NCBI GenBank assembly: GCA_964255285.1 | Contig: CAXUUL010000080.1 | Coordinates: 1-35,609 of the forward strand | DNA: 35,609 nucleotides | Reading direction: 5' to 3' | Origin: Ionaspis alba | Lineage: Eukaryota | Part shown: positions 12,101 through 23,702 of the stretch, piece after piece | Layout: every line of letters begins with the position of its first letter | Numbering within the stretch: position 1 is the first letter of the stretch | Position numbers and translations under genes: made by a program | The notes under the pieces: generated by a model | What the model was told of the DNA's origin: nothing | Databases searched by the model: none | Seen by the model: the letters and a program-made list of their open reading frames with translations, nothing else

Positions 12101-14625
12101 ATGTAGAAGATATGGTCGAGAGTCATAGAAACCAAGTGTACCTATAATTGTCCCTCCTGCTTCTCTCCTCCAACAGCAATCTCGAGGCGCGCAACCACCG
12201 CAGCTGCAAGACGACGACTGCGCTTCGGTGATGTCTTCACGGTGTTCTATTCTTCGATCTTGGCGACTGCGGCGGTAGCAGATGCGAACCGGAAAGATGC
12301 TAGGAGAAAAGACCTCGATGCTTCGATCAAGGAAGTGGGGGATGGATTGAAGGCAATCAAGGCCGATCAAGAGCAGAGGTTAGAAGCTTTGTCGACAAGT
12401 AATTTCGGTCTGTGGAAAGTGACACTCAGCACAATGAGGTTCTAAGAGCTTCTTTCAGCTGCGATTGACTAGTAGAGGTTGCTAGAGCTGGACGACTTGT
12501 GCACGGTGCTGGACCGATCGCAGGTTCGTTGGATTCTGCTCAAGCCACAACAAGAGACCATGCTCTGTCGATAGAATCTGGTCGGGATTGGATCCGAAAG
12601 CCATCGACACACCAGCGAACCATTTCCTTCACTCCTCCGGTAGTCGACAATGAGCAGATCTGCAAGCTGGAGATCGTAGCATCGCGTAAGCAGTCCGACA
12701 ATCATCGCGAAGCCCATCCACAACACTGAGGCGAGAAAGTATTTGAATACTCCCATGGTGCACAAGAAGGAGATCTACAAGCAAGAGAATGAGGCGCCAA
12801 GCAAGCAACTCGGAGGTCACCGCGAATCTCCTCAACATGGCATGAAGGCGGCAATCCTATCAAGCTAGTCGGTAAGGCAGGTGAAGTGAGGAAAGATCCT
12901 GCAAAAACCATGAAAGATGTCCATTCTACATTCAAGAGGTCGCGTCTGAAGCCGGCGTGCACAGCCAGATTATCGAAACTCTGGGTTGCTTCAGCCGTCT
13001 GGCGCAGAATCTCCCTGATACCTACGGATACTCAACCAGTCCAAGAAGTTCAGCAGGACACACCGGTCAAGAGCAAATGAGATAGCAGAAGGAGAGCATT
13101 GGTGGTAGAGTGCTCGGTCTCGAAGTTGATCTATCGCCTTCTCCTTCACATGATCGAGGCCAGAGATGATGGTAGAGCCACATAAGATTTTCCAAACGGT
13201 GAAACTTTGCAATTGTCCGATCATGACAAAGCTGAAATCCACGAGAATATTCAGAAGATGGAGAGTCGTATTCGACAACTGAACATGACCTTTGATCCTC
13301 ATCACCTCGTCTTTCGAGAGGCTTCAGTGCAGCAAATACCCTTTCTCCATTACACACGAGTTGCGAACGCAACAGTGGAACTAGAGCACCTTCACACTCA
13401 CATATCACGGCTTTTTGAGGTCGAATTCAGTGCTCAAAAGACCCTTTCGAAACTCTGCAATCACCTCGTCCGGTCGCCCGACCCACCTGATACCGATACT
13501 TGCAATGTTCTAATTACCCGACTATGCCATTCCCAACCCTAAGACGTAGTTTCTTGCGTGGTGGATTGCATGGATGAATATAAGGTTGGTGCAAATGAAA
13601 CAACTACAGTGGCTCTACTACGCTATTACACCTTGGCCGATCATAGAAGGAAATTCCATGACTACAACAACGGTATGACAGGACAAGATGGTCATGGCCT
13701 GGAGCTAGCTGATCTTTTGGAAGAGGTCACACCAGAGAACAAACATCAGTTTGTCATGTCAAGTTCTATGGCTGCAACTTCCTATCTTGATTATTGCATA
13801 TTCAAGAGGAAGCTGGTCCAGAAAGCCCCAATGAACCATGAGATCTACTCTGCTCTCATTATCGGAATGGCTAAGTTCTCTAACGCAATGGGCGCCGTCG
13901 ATGCGTTTGAGTGCATGGTCAGGGCCGGCTCCGACCCCGATTCAAGTGTCTATCTTGCTATGCTCCGATGCTTTATATGTTTGAGGGACTGAGATGCAGG
14001 AGATGTGATCTGGAAAGTCATTTGTGATAATCTACCTGAGCTGACACAACCGGCTTACTACCGGGTGTTGCAACTATGCGATACATGTGATCAGGACGAG
14101 GCTTTTAACCTCATTCGGGAGCAGGGCATAAACAGTAACTTGGTGAACTCAAATTTGCAGAGGAATTTCGTCCTTCTTGGGGGTTCGTGGCATCTGTTGG
14201 GGAGTCAAGTGAATTTATTACAGGAGCTGCAGTACCATCTATCGTCACTAGATGGTAAGATGGTGGAAGGACATGATTGGTATCATACTACGGAAAGCCC
14301 AAGAATGGTAGTCCAGCCCTTTAGCCTGGCGGAATTAGTGACAAAGGAGCTACAATCACTTTGGTCACGGATGAATATTGAGCAGAGAAGAGTTTTCAAA
14401 GAGATTGAGGAGAGACGAGCCCACGGCATACGTCTCATAAAGAAGTTGTCATCCGGAGAAGTCGCAACCGTCATGAGATTCCGTGGTTCTCGCGTTGTTC
14501 GAGTCCACCGCGCCCTTGGAGAACGACATCGCCAAAGCTCTTACTTCAGACATGGCACCGGAGATGTTGGGGACGTCATTGAAACCAGGTCACAGCCACA
14601 TAGTTCTGAAAGCGGGTTTGAATAG
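12101..14625 (+). pseudogene. Disrupted mitochondrial pentatricopeptide-repeat (PPR)-like gene
   Basis: N-terminus M*KIWSR...CPSC...RRATTAAARRRLRFGDVFTVFYSSILATAAVADANRKDARR resembles the start of a conserved Pezizomycotina PPR-like family. PPR-like helices follow (PDTDTCNVLITRL, ANETTTVALLRYY, NHEIYSALIIGMAK...AFECMVRAGSDPDSSVYLAMLRC). Stops: TAG 12104, TGA 12727, TGA 12790, TGA 13078, TAA 13183, TAA 13540, TGA 13990. A putative intron (12399 to 12472 or 12475) links the two frames. Confidence 0.75.
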
Positions 14626-16111
14626 CCAGCAGAGCATCTGCCCATAGCTACGAGCAAAGTGGTTTCAAAGGTGGACCCGTATATCGTGGGAACGCTGCGC
14701 ATAGGCCGAAGAGGAGCGCTCGTTGGACAAGATCCCAGCTTGTTCCCCTCCGCACGCTGTCTGGGGGTCGATTTTTGCCTGTCTAAGCCTACAGCACTCG
14801 GAATAACGCACGCTGAATCTGCCGTCAAACCTCGTCGTCTGCCGTTCGAGAGATCATCTATTCATCTACCCCCTGCCCCACGTACGCAGTCTCCATGGCC
14901 AAGACTTTCAGGCTATAGCAGACACGGTTCACCATTCTTTATGACTGGTCCACTGCTTACATATCATGCCACTCAAGTTGAATGACCATGCATTGCAATG
15001 TCTATGTCCACTAAATTCTCGCGCCGCAGGGAGCCTGACAGGATAAGCTTGAGTCTTAGTACGCGCAGTCGAACGGCACGTGGAGTCTCTGGGTAAAGGC
15101 CCTTGAACCGGCTTATGAAACATTCCGTGAAAGCTGGTCATTGGCTCGGTCATGACAAGGATCAGTCCGGAAGGGGCTCGAAATCTTTTTCTTGTGGGTG
15201 CCTTTGAATCTTCGTCGATGTCACGGGCTCCATATAACGACCATCAGCATGTGCTGCAGGCGTACTGTCAACATGAAGGTCTGGCAGCCGTGAGCGTGGC
15301 TCTTCGTGTATGTAGCAACAATGGCTAACCAAGCCACGAAGTGATAATGCTAGGCATGATTATGTGATAGTCCCCTCCGTGGCAATTTGATTATCGTTGA
15401 GATGTCCGTGTTCCTTTGTGGACATGCTTTTCTATCCTATCCTTTCAATTTTCGCCACAGATACATATTCGCTCTCGCCAAGACCAATGAATCCTGACAG
15501 GTATAGTCTCGGCCAAAGTTTCTCATCTTGCCAAGGCATGCTTGAATGCCTCGGAGTACCTTTCGATTGATGGCTGGCCCTGATGGTGGTCACTGCCATG
15601 GCTGGAACTTACATCACAGTTTCAGGCATGGTAATAGCGATATTTGATACCAAAGATGATGATTTCGACGCTAGAAGTCGCCTATGACTCCACAATCAGG
15701 AACGAGATTGTAACTCGCTACCCGGGAGTCTGAAATATATCACTCAGGAGCCAGCAGTCACTACTGGGAATTAAAACCTAATTGTAATTCGGACCAACTG
15801 AAAGGCAACCACGTTTGAACCGAAATGACTGCGGCTCCATGTCAGAGTCAGGCCTTCGGTTTCTGGCTCCTCATCAGGTCATCTTGCACATCATGAGTGC
15901 TGTTTCTGCTTCTCCATATCTCATCGTGCCCCCGCGCTCTCGACCAAGATTCGTGCTTACTATATTGGAGAGCAGAGACACCAGCATCCATCACTCAGAA
16001 CGATATTCTTTATACTGGAGATTTGCTTCAAGTACGCATCGAGTTATCGTTCTCCAAGGCTTCGTTCCGGTCACAATCAACCGCCATCTTGCAGCTAGCT
16101 ACCGCCTCAAA

Positions 16112-16494
16112 ATGTGCAAAGTCACCTGCAACCAGTACACGGCCTGCTACGCAGACTGTCCCAAGCGCGGCTTCTTTGAAACCAGGAGACGCTGCTATTG
16201 GTTTGGGATGAAGCCGTGCCTCAGCACATTCGTTCAAAAACTGCTGCGTAGGAAATGCTGGAGGTGCACCAGGGTGATGCATGCCAACAACCTGGANNNN
16301 NNNNNNNNNNNNNNNNNNNNNNNNNNNNNNNNNNNNNNNNNNNNNNNNNNNNNNNNNNNNNNNNNNNNNNNNNNNNNNNNNNNNNNNNNNNNNNNNTGCT
16401 GCGTAGGAAATGCTGGAGGTGCACCAGGGTGATGCATGCCAACAACCTGGAAGTGGAGGGAAGTGAAATCACGTGGAGAGAGGTCCGATGGTGA
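16112..16494 (+). CDS. Small cysteine-rich hypothetical protein (75 aa once the assembly gap is collapsed)
   Basis: ATG in CAAAATG context. Joining 16112-16296 to 16452-16494 gives 228 nt: MCKVTCNQYTACYADCPKRGFFETRRRCYWFGMKPCLSTFVQKLLRRKCWRCTRVMHANNLEVEGSEITWREVRW*, with 8 Cys. Confidence 0.55.
16242..16451. other. 100-N scaffold gap flanked by an exact 55-bp direct duplication (overlapping contig ends)
   Basis: 16242-16296 is identical to 16397-16451; the N run covers 16297-16396. Confidence 0.92.
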
Positions 16495-16707
16495 AAACTT
16501 CAGATGGGCACGTCTTCTTTTTGGTGTTTGGAAGAGCTGGTGGAAAGATCTAGAGGTTGTTTCTAGGAATTATGCCAAAGATCTCAAAAAGTCGCTCATG
16601 AATGCATGAAAGTGCTACCTGTCTTCAACTGTCTTCTCGCCACCGTAAGAGCCCATAAAATCCAACGCCGATAACACCCGAAAACCACTCTGCGCCCACT
16701 GTAAATC

Positions 16708-19376
16708 TCAGTAACCACCGGTTCCACTAGCCCCATGATATCCGCCCTGTCCTTGCGGCGGTTGCTCGTACCCATAAGCGTATGCTCCAGGCCCATGCTG
16801 TCCGAGATTCTGTTCCGGCTGATAAGATGGTGCTTGGGAGCTGGCGTCGTACCCATATCCGTGCTGAGGATATCCGTGCTGTGGGTAGCCTTCGCTGGTG
16901 CCTTGTCCATAGCCTTGCTGTTGCTGCCCATAATCCTGCCCGTAGACTTGTGGTGGAGGAGCGCCATATGTGTTATGATTCTGGTCCGGAGGTGGCGGGG
17001 AGGCATAAGCTGACTGATTGTAGGTGTCCTGCTGGTATGATGACTCGTGCTGCGAGTAAGGTGCGTGCTCAAATTGAGGCTGGCCATACTGGTACTCATT
17101 CGCAGGACCAGTCGGAGGACGGGTAGCATCGAAGGATGTTGATGTACCTGGGAAGATGGAGCCGATGGTGTTTGTGTTTCCATGCCCGGATTCGTCGATT
17201 CCATCGCGAGTGAGACCTGTAGCCTTTCCTAGCTTACTGAGCTTCTCCCATGGGGCGCCAGCGACTTTACTGTGAGAGCCCGTGCCTCCGCCAGATCCGA
17301 AGATGTTTCCCATTTGTGGCAAGCTTCCATGGTTATGGGGAGCATGAACAGGGTCATAAGAGCCACCTGAGTGGTTTTTCCCTGCACGAACACCTTCAGA
17401 GCTCAGGATGTGTTCGAGATTGGCACCACGGTTAGGCTGTTTGTGCGCCCACTGCTCAACAACGTTGAACATCTTGGTGTGAAGGTCGCAATGTGGGTCG
17501 CGATTTGCGGGATGATGGAAGACACGCGCGACATCGTTGAGGACCTCGTCGAGTGGAACGTCGGGGTGTTCCCAAGCGAACAGAATACGAGGCGCGACGT
17601 ACTGGAGGATAGTCGCAGCAACCTGACCTGCTGGCTCGTTGAGGACATTGCTGAAATGATCTTTTGAGAGAAGAGAATGTGTTGGATCGGAGCAGTGAGG
17701 ATCGGTCCAAACTTCGTACTGGTGTTTGCCGCTAGCGTCAACGACCGTAGAAGAGCCCATTTTGAGCTGTTTGGAAACAGCAGTGATGATGGGTCTTATA
17801 AAGGGCGCGAGAAGGGATAGTACGAAGAGCGTCAGGGTTTCGGTGATCTTTTCTACAAGGGCCTCTAGACCAGGAATCTTTTCAATGGTGGCCGAGATGG
17901 CTTTGACGACCTTATCGCGGAATTCCAGTATCGGGTATATTTGAGCGGCGGTCTTGGCCGGATCGAAGTTTGGGCTCATGCCCGGGATACCTGGGCCGGG
18001 CGGACCACCGACTGAACCTGGGGGAGCTTGGAAAGTCTGTGTCTGACCTGGCTGAGAAGAACGTGAGTCCCCATAGTTGTGCTGCGAAGCAAGCATTCGC
18101 TCTTGTGCTTGAGACTGCGCCTGTAGCTGCTCGGCTTCCTGACACAATGCGCCGGCACCTGGAACTTGAGAGAGCAAGCCAGTCAAAGCCGAGGCTTGTG
18201 TCTGAGAAGGGGGGCCAAAGTTTCGCGAGGCGGGCGCCGAGGATTGCTTCGAATGTGTTTGAGCATCTCCAAGAGCAATGTCCATCTCATCGATCTCTGT
18301 TTGAGCCAAATTATCTGTTGCTTCTCCGACCACTGAATGCAGAAAGTCGACCGCTCCGAAGGTGCCGGTCACCAGGGGAAAGACATGTTTCCCACGGAGG
18401 CTGATTTCCGTTGCGGTTCCAGTATGAGGAAAGACATTTCTGAACCCAATTTCTCGAAGCGCAAGTTCCGTGTAGTTTGTATGAGCACCAAAGTCCTCCA
18501 AACAATGCAGTCCTTGACCCAAGCATCTTAATGCTTCACATAGGTCGGCTTCTTTTCCCTTGGTACTATGAGAGCCACTGGTGTACAAACGGCCAAAATG
18601 AATGCTTCTACTGAAGCTATGCTTGATATAGCCAGAGCTGGTGGCAATTCCAAGGTTCTCATTGGCAATATAGTTCTTCATGCCTGTTTGGGGGTCGACT
18701 TGGAGCTCGATAGGCTGCACAGGAGGCCGTAGTCTCGTGTCGTATTGTCGTGCGTCCTGATTATCGGCGTAATCTTTGGGATTGTCGATATGCTCTTCCG
18801 GCCTATATGTCCCGAGGCGCTCCTCCGTGACCTCAAATTCAGCTGCGTCAAGGTCAGTTTGAATCTCCTTTTGATGTATGGGAGGTCGTACCCGTAGCAT
18901 ATCCAAAACTCAGAAAGCTCAAGACCCACACCAAGATTCTGCCCACAATCAGCTGTCTATCACCTCTAAGGCTTCTTCATAGTATCCTTCCTCGACGTAC
19001 CTGATAGTCCCTGCCTGAACTCCCTTCAACGTCCCCACATCAACGGCCTGGCTGTAGTCTCTGAGCCAGTTCCCGAAATACACCCTCTTGACCATCATCG
19101 ACGTCCATTTATGGCCCTTGATAAACGCCACGGTCTTGAGCATGTCTTCGATGTCGCCATGGCGCCAATTACGGCCTTCGATCTTGGCTATCGAAGCTGA
19201 AACCTTGTAAGCATGGCGTGGAAGTCGAGGACACTAGAATAAGAGTACTGACCGATGTTTCCTGCGCCAAACGCTGCAGCAGGAGAAGCTTGTAGGACGA
19301 CTAGGGCGAGCACGAGAAGGCAGACTGTGCCGGGGCTCATAGCACTAGAGGTACCCATACTGGTGGAATGTGACAT
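16708..19376 (-). CDS. het-c: HET-C family heterokaryon incompatibility protein (het-c/hch-like)
   Basis: Exons 19376-19253, 19196-19001, 18938-18892, 18842-16708. Signal peptide, then AFGAGNIASIAKIEGRNWRHGDIED, VYFGNWLRDYSQAVDVG, EFEVTEERLG, HIDNPKDY, LHCLEDFGAHTNY, DPTHSLLSKDHF; G/Y/Q-rich tail. The start could instead be a downstream Met in exon 1. Confidence 0.93.
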
Positions 19377-20095
19377 GTGTTTAGTGGTGTAGCCAGAGTG
19401 TGTGTAGCTGTGGTGATTGTATTCCTAAGATAGCAAGGTTCAGAAGCTTCTACGATTGCGACTTCGTCATATTGGTTTCAAGGTATGATAGATCTCCAGT
19501 ACAACTTGGAAGTGAAAGCTTTATATCGCTGGTGAAGCTATTCGATGTCACATGTCACAGCAAGCGTTAGCAGCGTGTCAGTTAATGCTTATGCTCCTCT
19601 GGTAGGCTTCTGCCATGAAGGGAAAAGGCATTACTTGGCACGCGCTTGCCCAAAAAAGTGCACCAAACGAGACATTCAACTGGCTCACCAATTTAAGTCC
19701 CCTACAAATCGGAGACTTTAGGTGGATGAATTGGGGAGCACGTCCGTCGTAAACGTTAACCCGCCTGCGCAATAACAGGAACACCGCGCTGAACAGGAAT
19801 TCTAAATAGGAAAGCGCTGCATATCACAGCGGAGTGGAATGGCTCACTGAAACTATTGAAGCGCTGAATTATTGCATTTTTGGTCTATCGAACAAACACA
19901 AGTCTTCCTACCATTACACGACAACCGAATCTCAAGCGCTCTGCTATGCACAGCCATAGTAAACTTTCTCTATACAGTAAATGCCAGACGCTCCGGTACT
20001 CCATGTGTCTTTCATGCGTGACGTCTCATCATCCCATCATATCATCATGCAGGCAACATACACACAGTAAGAGAAGTCGTCAAGTTGGTAGAAGC

Positions 20096-23000
20096 CTAGC
20101 GGCCAGCAGCGAGTTGTTGTTTCTGAGCTTCCATGGCTTGGTGACCTTGAACAGCTTCCATTAAGCGCGTCTTCTCGACTTCCGTGAGCTCACCGTAGAG
20201 AGTTTGGAAGTAAGGATCAGAGCCAACACGCATGAAGAAACCGAGAAGATGTTTCTGAACGACGTCGTCGGTGACAGGGCTCAGGCTAGAGGTGCCACTC
20301 TCGGATTCCCAAGAGTCATCAGAACCGCGGCGACCTTGAGCGTGGCCGTTGGCAGCCGGAAGGACTTGATGACCATTGGGTTTGTAGGGCACCAGTTCGT
20401 TGACAAGCAGCTTCAGAATCTTGAGCTCAGCAGAGACAACAGTGAATTGAATCGGACGAAGTTTTGCCTGGGAGCGTGTCTTGATGCGACTGGAATTGTT
20501 GTCGATGATGAGATCGCCATTGACCTGAAGAGTTGTAAGGCGTCGATCGTGCACTCCGTAGATAGTAGTCAGAGCCTGCATGTTCTGACGAATAGCTTCG
20601 AAGCCAACGAAGTGGGTGGAAGACTCCAGCCATTTGGTGATCACGACCTCTAGTGCACTAGACTGGCCAATCTGAAGTTCCCCCAGGAAGTTGAGAACGT
20701 CCTGCGCGTTGAGGATGGACAGACGAGCGAAGACAATAACCAAACTCTGAACAAGACCAGGGTGCTGAGCAGTGCTGAGACGACCAGCGATGACTTGAAA
20801 GAGTTCGCGCATCGAGGGACCAAGGGCATCGGGGCCAGCTTTCTCGACAACCTCAACCGCAAGTTCTCCAACTTCGGCTGCAGAGGCATCATCCACCTGA
20901 GGACCAAGTAAATGAGCGATAACTAGAAGCATCATCTCAAGTCCACCTTTTTGGAACTCTGGGTCCACCCATGCGAAGACTCGAGCATGGTCGTTGGAAA
21001 GCATGAACTTTATGGCGAGTGTGGCCTGCTGGTGAAGGTAAAAGTCGGCATCAGCGAGGATGATGCGACAAAGCCGAGGCATAGATTCGGCGATAAACTC
21101 TGCAGGCAGAGGGCTGAGTGCACACTCGGCGACGATTTTAAGGAGGTTCAACGCGACATCTGTGAGCGCAGATTTGGCCGACTCGTCCGGTTCATTGGCA
21201 TCTAGTACAGAGATGATAGGTGGCAAGATCCTGGCACATAGCTGGACGTATGAATCAGCTCCCATCTTGGCCATAGCACGAGCAGCGGACTCGAATGCTT
21301 CTTCGATGAGGACGAACGTGGTGTCGTTACGAGCAGCTCCAAATTTGACCATGGTAAGCATGAAGTCGAGACCGTTGTGATCAAGACAAGTAGCTGGATG
21401 AGCCATGACAGTGTCGCGAAGAGTATGCAAGACGGCGTCAATGAGGTCAACATTCTCATCCATGTCATCCAAGTCCTGAGTCTCCAGAAACTTGGCGATA
21501 GCGTTGACAAGCGGGACTTGAAGCTCTGTGGCTGCTGCCTTGGGGAGGGCTAGTAGGTAGTCACGGAATAGACGGATGCAGGAGGTCTTGACAATATCGC
21601 TCTCATCGTTCTCGAGAGTGCTGAGGGACTGACGAGCAAACCCAAGGGCGATTTCGAAGCTTGACTCCGGTCCGACCAGCCAGGCGGTCATGATAGCAGC
21701 CATGACAATGTGACCACGAGCACGAAGGAAAGGGTTTTCTATGGTTGATTAGCTCCAATAGCCATAACAATAGTATTGTGAATAGGCTGCAGCGGCCTTA
21801 CCATCAGTCATTGTCATACGGACATGTTCCACGCATGCATTAATTGTCTCGTCCTTGATGATACGTTCTTCGCCCTTGAACTCCTCCACGATCTGCTGCA
21901 ACATGTAGAGAGCTGCTTCCTTGTGACGCCATCTGCAAGAGATATTCAGCAATGATTACCAAGCATGAGAACGTGGAACAGACCCCTTGCTGCCATCATG
22001 AAAGACAACCTTCATATAAGCAATCAGGCTGTCCAGGGCCTGTGCTGGTAACCAAGAGCATATCTTCCAAACGAAAGAAGCACAGGCACTACGCGGCGAA
22101 TTGTTGGTCTCAGCGAACGTCTCCTCACTAAGGAAGACGTTGAAGTCGATCTCCCAAAGACCCTCGGATTCGGCAGTTATGCAAGAGAAGGTAACCAGTG
22201 AGCCCATCACTTGCATGATCCAGTTCGCAATCGTGCTACCGTTCGAAGCACAATCGGCAGCATACATCTGTTCGAGACGAACTTTGACCTCGCCCGAATC
22301 AAGCAAGGTCTGCAAATAGTCAAGCTCCTCGATGACAAGCGAGTCGAACGTGTAGGGCAAGCCATAGATGTTGACGAGGCCACCTTGACGATCACCATCC
22401 ACGTACGATGCATAGTAAGGTTCTCCATGAGCTTGCAGTGCTTCCCAACATGCGGTGAAAAGTTCTTGAGTGCCTAGTAAGTCTGGAAGGATGACTTGGA
22501 TCTTGCCTAGGGTCTAACTATTGTAAGCCACTCGCGGTCGAAGCTCTTATTAGCTTTCGGACTTGAGGCCACTTACCAATAACACCTGCACTTTCAACGC
22601 GATGACTCCGTGCCAGGTAACCACAGCTGGGCCCTGCGAGGCTTCATCTTCTTCTTGGACAGTGGGCAAAGCTGGCATACTTTCCTTGACGACGTTGAGA
22701 AAGAAGGGTGCCCACACGGCGATGATAGCCTTGGCAAACCCCTTGATGCTGTCCTCATCTTTCAACTTGAGAGTGTCGACGAAGTCCCAACAAAGACGAA
22801 AGATGTTCACTGCATGAGCTCGGACAGTAAGTTTCTTGGATCCATCGACAGCAATGTCATGCAGGCACTTGACCAACACATTGGCGTATTGAGAAAATTG
22901 GTCTTCGTCGATACCACCCTGGACCAACTCGCTGAGGACGACGAGGATGCCCTGAACCTGCGCGTCGTTACTCTGCTGCACGTGGTTCAAAAGTGAGTCA

Positions 23001-23392
23001 AGCAATCCAGGCCATGCCTCAGGAAAGTCAGCCTTCGCGATCTTGGTCACGACCGCTGCGGTAGCAGAAACGACTTTGCTATCAGAGCCGCCATCGAATA
23101 CAATCGCCAACAAACCATCTTTGATCTGGTTCTTGACCTCGCTGTTGATGACTTCCTTACCCGCAAACTCATCAAGCGAAGGGGACCAAACCTCGCCAAC
23201 GACCAACTTCAGATAGATCAATGCCGCGAGACGGTCATTGACGGCGATTTCTTTATGAGCGCCAATGACGACTAAAGCGCCAGCGAAAGCCTCGTTAGTG
23301 TAAAGCTGCTTTAGACGAAGCTCTGCCTCCAAGCGAGGTTGCACCTCGGAACGTTGAGTCGCGCCCAGAAGCTCAAGTACTTGCTGCTCCAT
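20096..23392 (-). CDS. KAP114: Importin-9 / Kap114-like karyopherin-beta
   Basis: Exons 23392-22577, 22513-21984, 21932-21802, 21738-20096. IBN_N-type N-terminus, KIAKADFPEAWPGLL, GLPYTFDSLVIEELD, LWEIDFNVFLSEET, PFLRARG, AAEVGEL, GDLIID...RIKTRSQAK. Confidence 0.85.
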
Positions 23393-23702
23393 CGTGGACT
23401 CTTGATTGTGACTGGAGCGAGAGCTAAGTCAACGACGGGTAAAGAGCGATGAGTTGAAAGAGTGAATGAGTTAAAGAAGTGTGTCACACTGAGTGTGTTG
23501 TGCTGTCGTTGCCACCGCGTGTGAGTCGGTTTGTTGTGAAGACGCGATATCAACCGGAAGGAGCCCAACAGGCCTCGCTGGCGGCGGAGGCTAAGGAGTA
23601 TGTGCCTCTAGTCTTGCTAGGCGGGCACTAAGGGTATCTCGTCCTGTTGGCGGACCTGTTCTGGCGATGTTGAAACCGTCCTGACAAGCTCCAGAAAGCC
23701 CA

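Noticed and set aside
12470..12475. Tandem TAG TAG resembling the edited stop pair of Fusarium PUK1
   Set aside because: That frame accumulates further stops and does not lead into the PPR-like region; the AGs are better explained as candidate splice acceptors.
15815..16111. N-terminal extension of the small ORF from a TTG start (205-aa call in the ORF track)
   Set aside because: Non-ATG start and UTR-like composition; the ATG at 16112 has a better context.
16242..16451. 55-bp direct repeat as an LTR, target-site duplication or biological tandem repeat
   Set aside because: The copies abut a placeholder 100-N gap exactly, and collapsing them restores an ORF. This is typical of unmerged contig overlap.
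16596..17204. 202-aa alternative-frame ORF over the het-c tail
   Set aside because: An off-frame reading of low-complexity coding sequence; the 732-aa frame is continuous with the HET-C domain.
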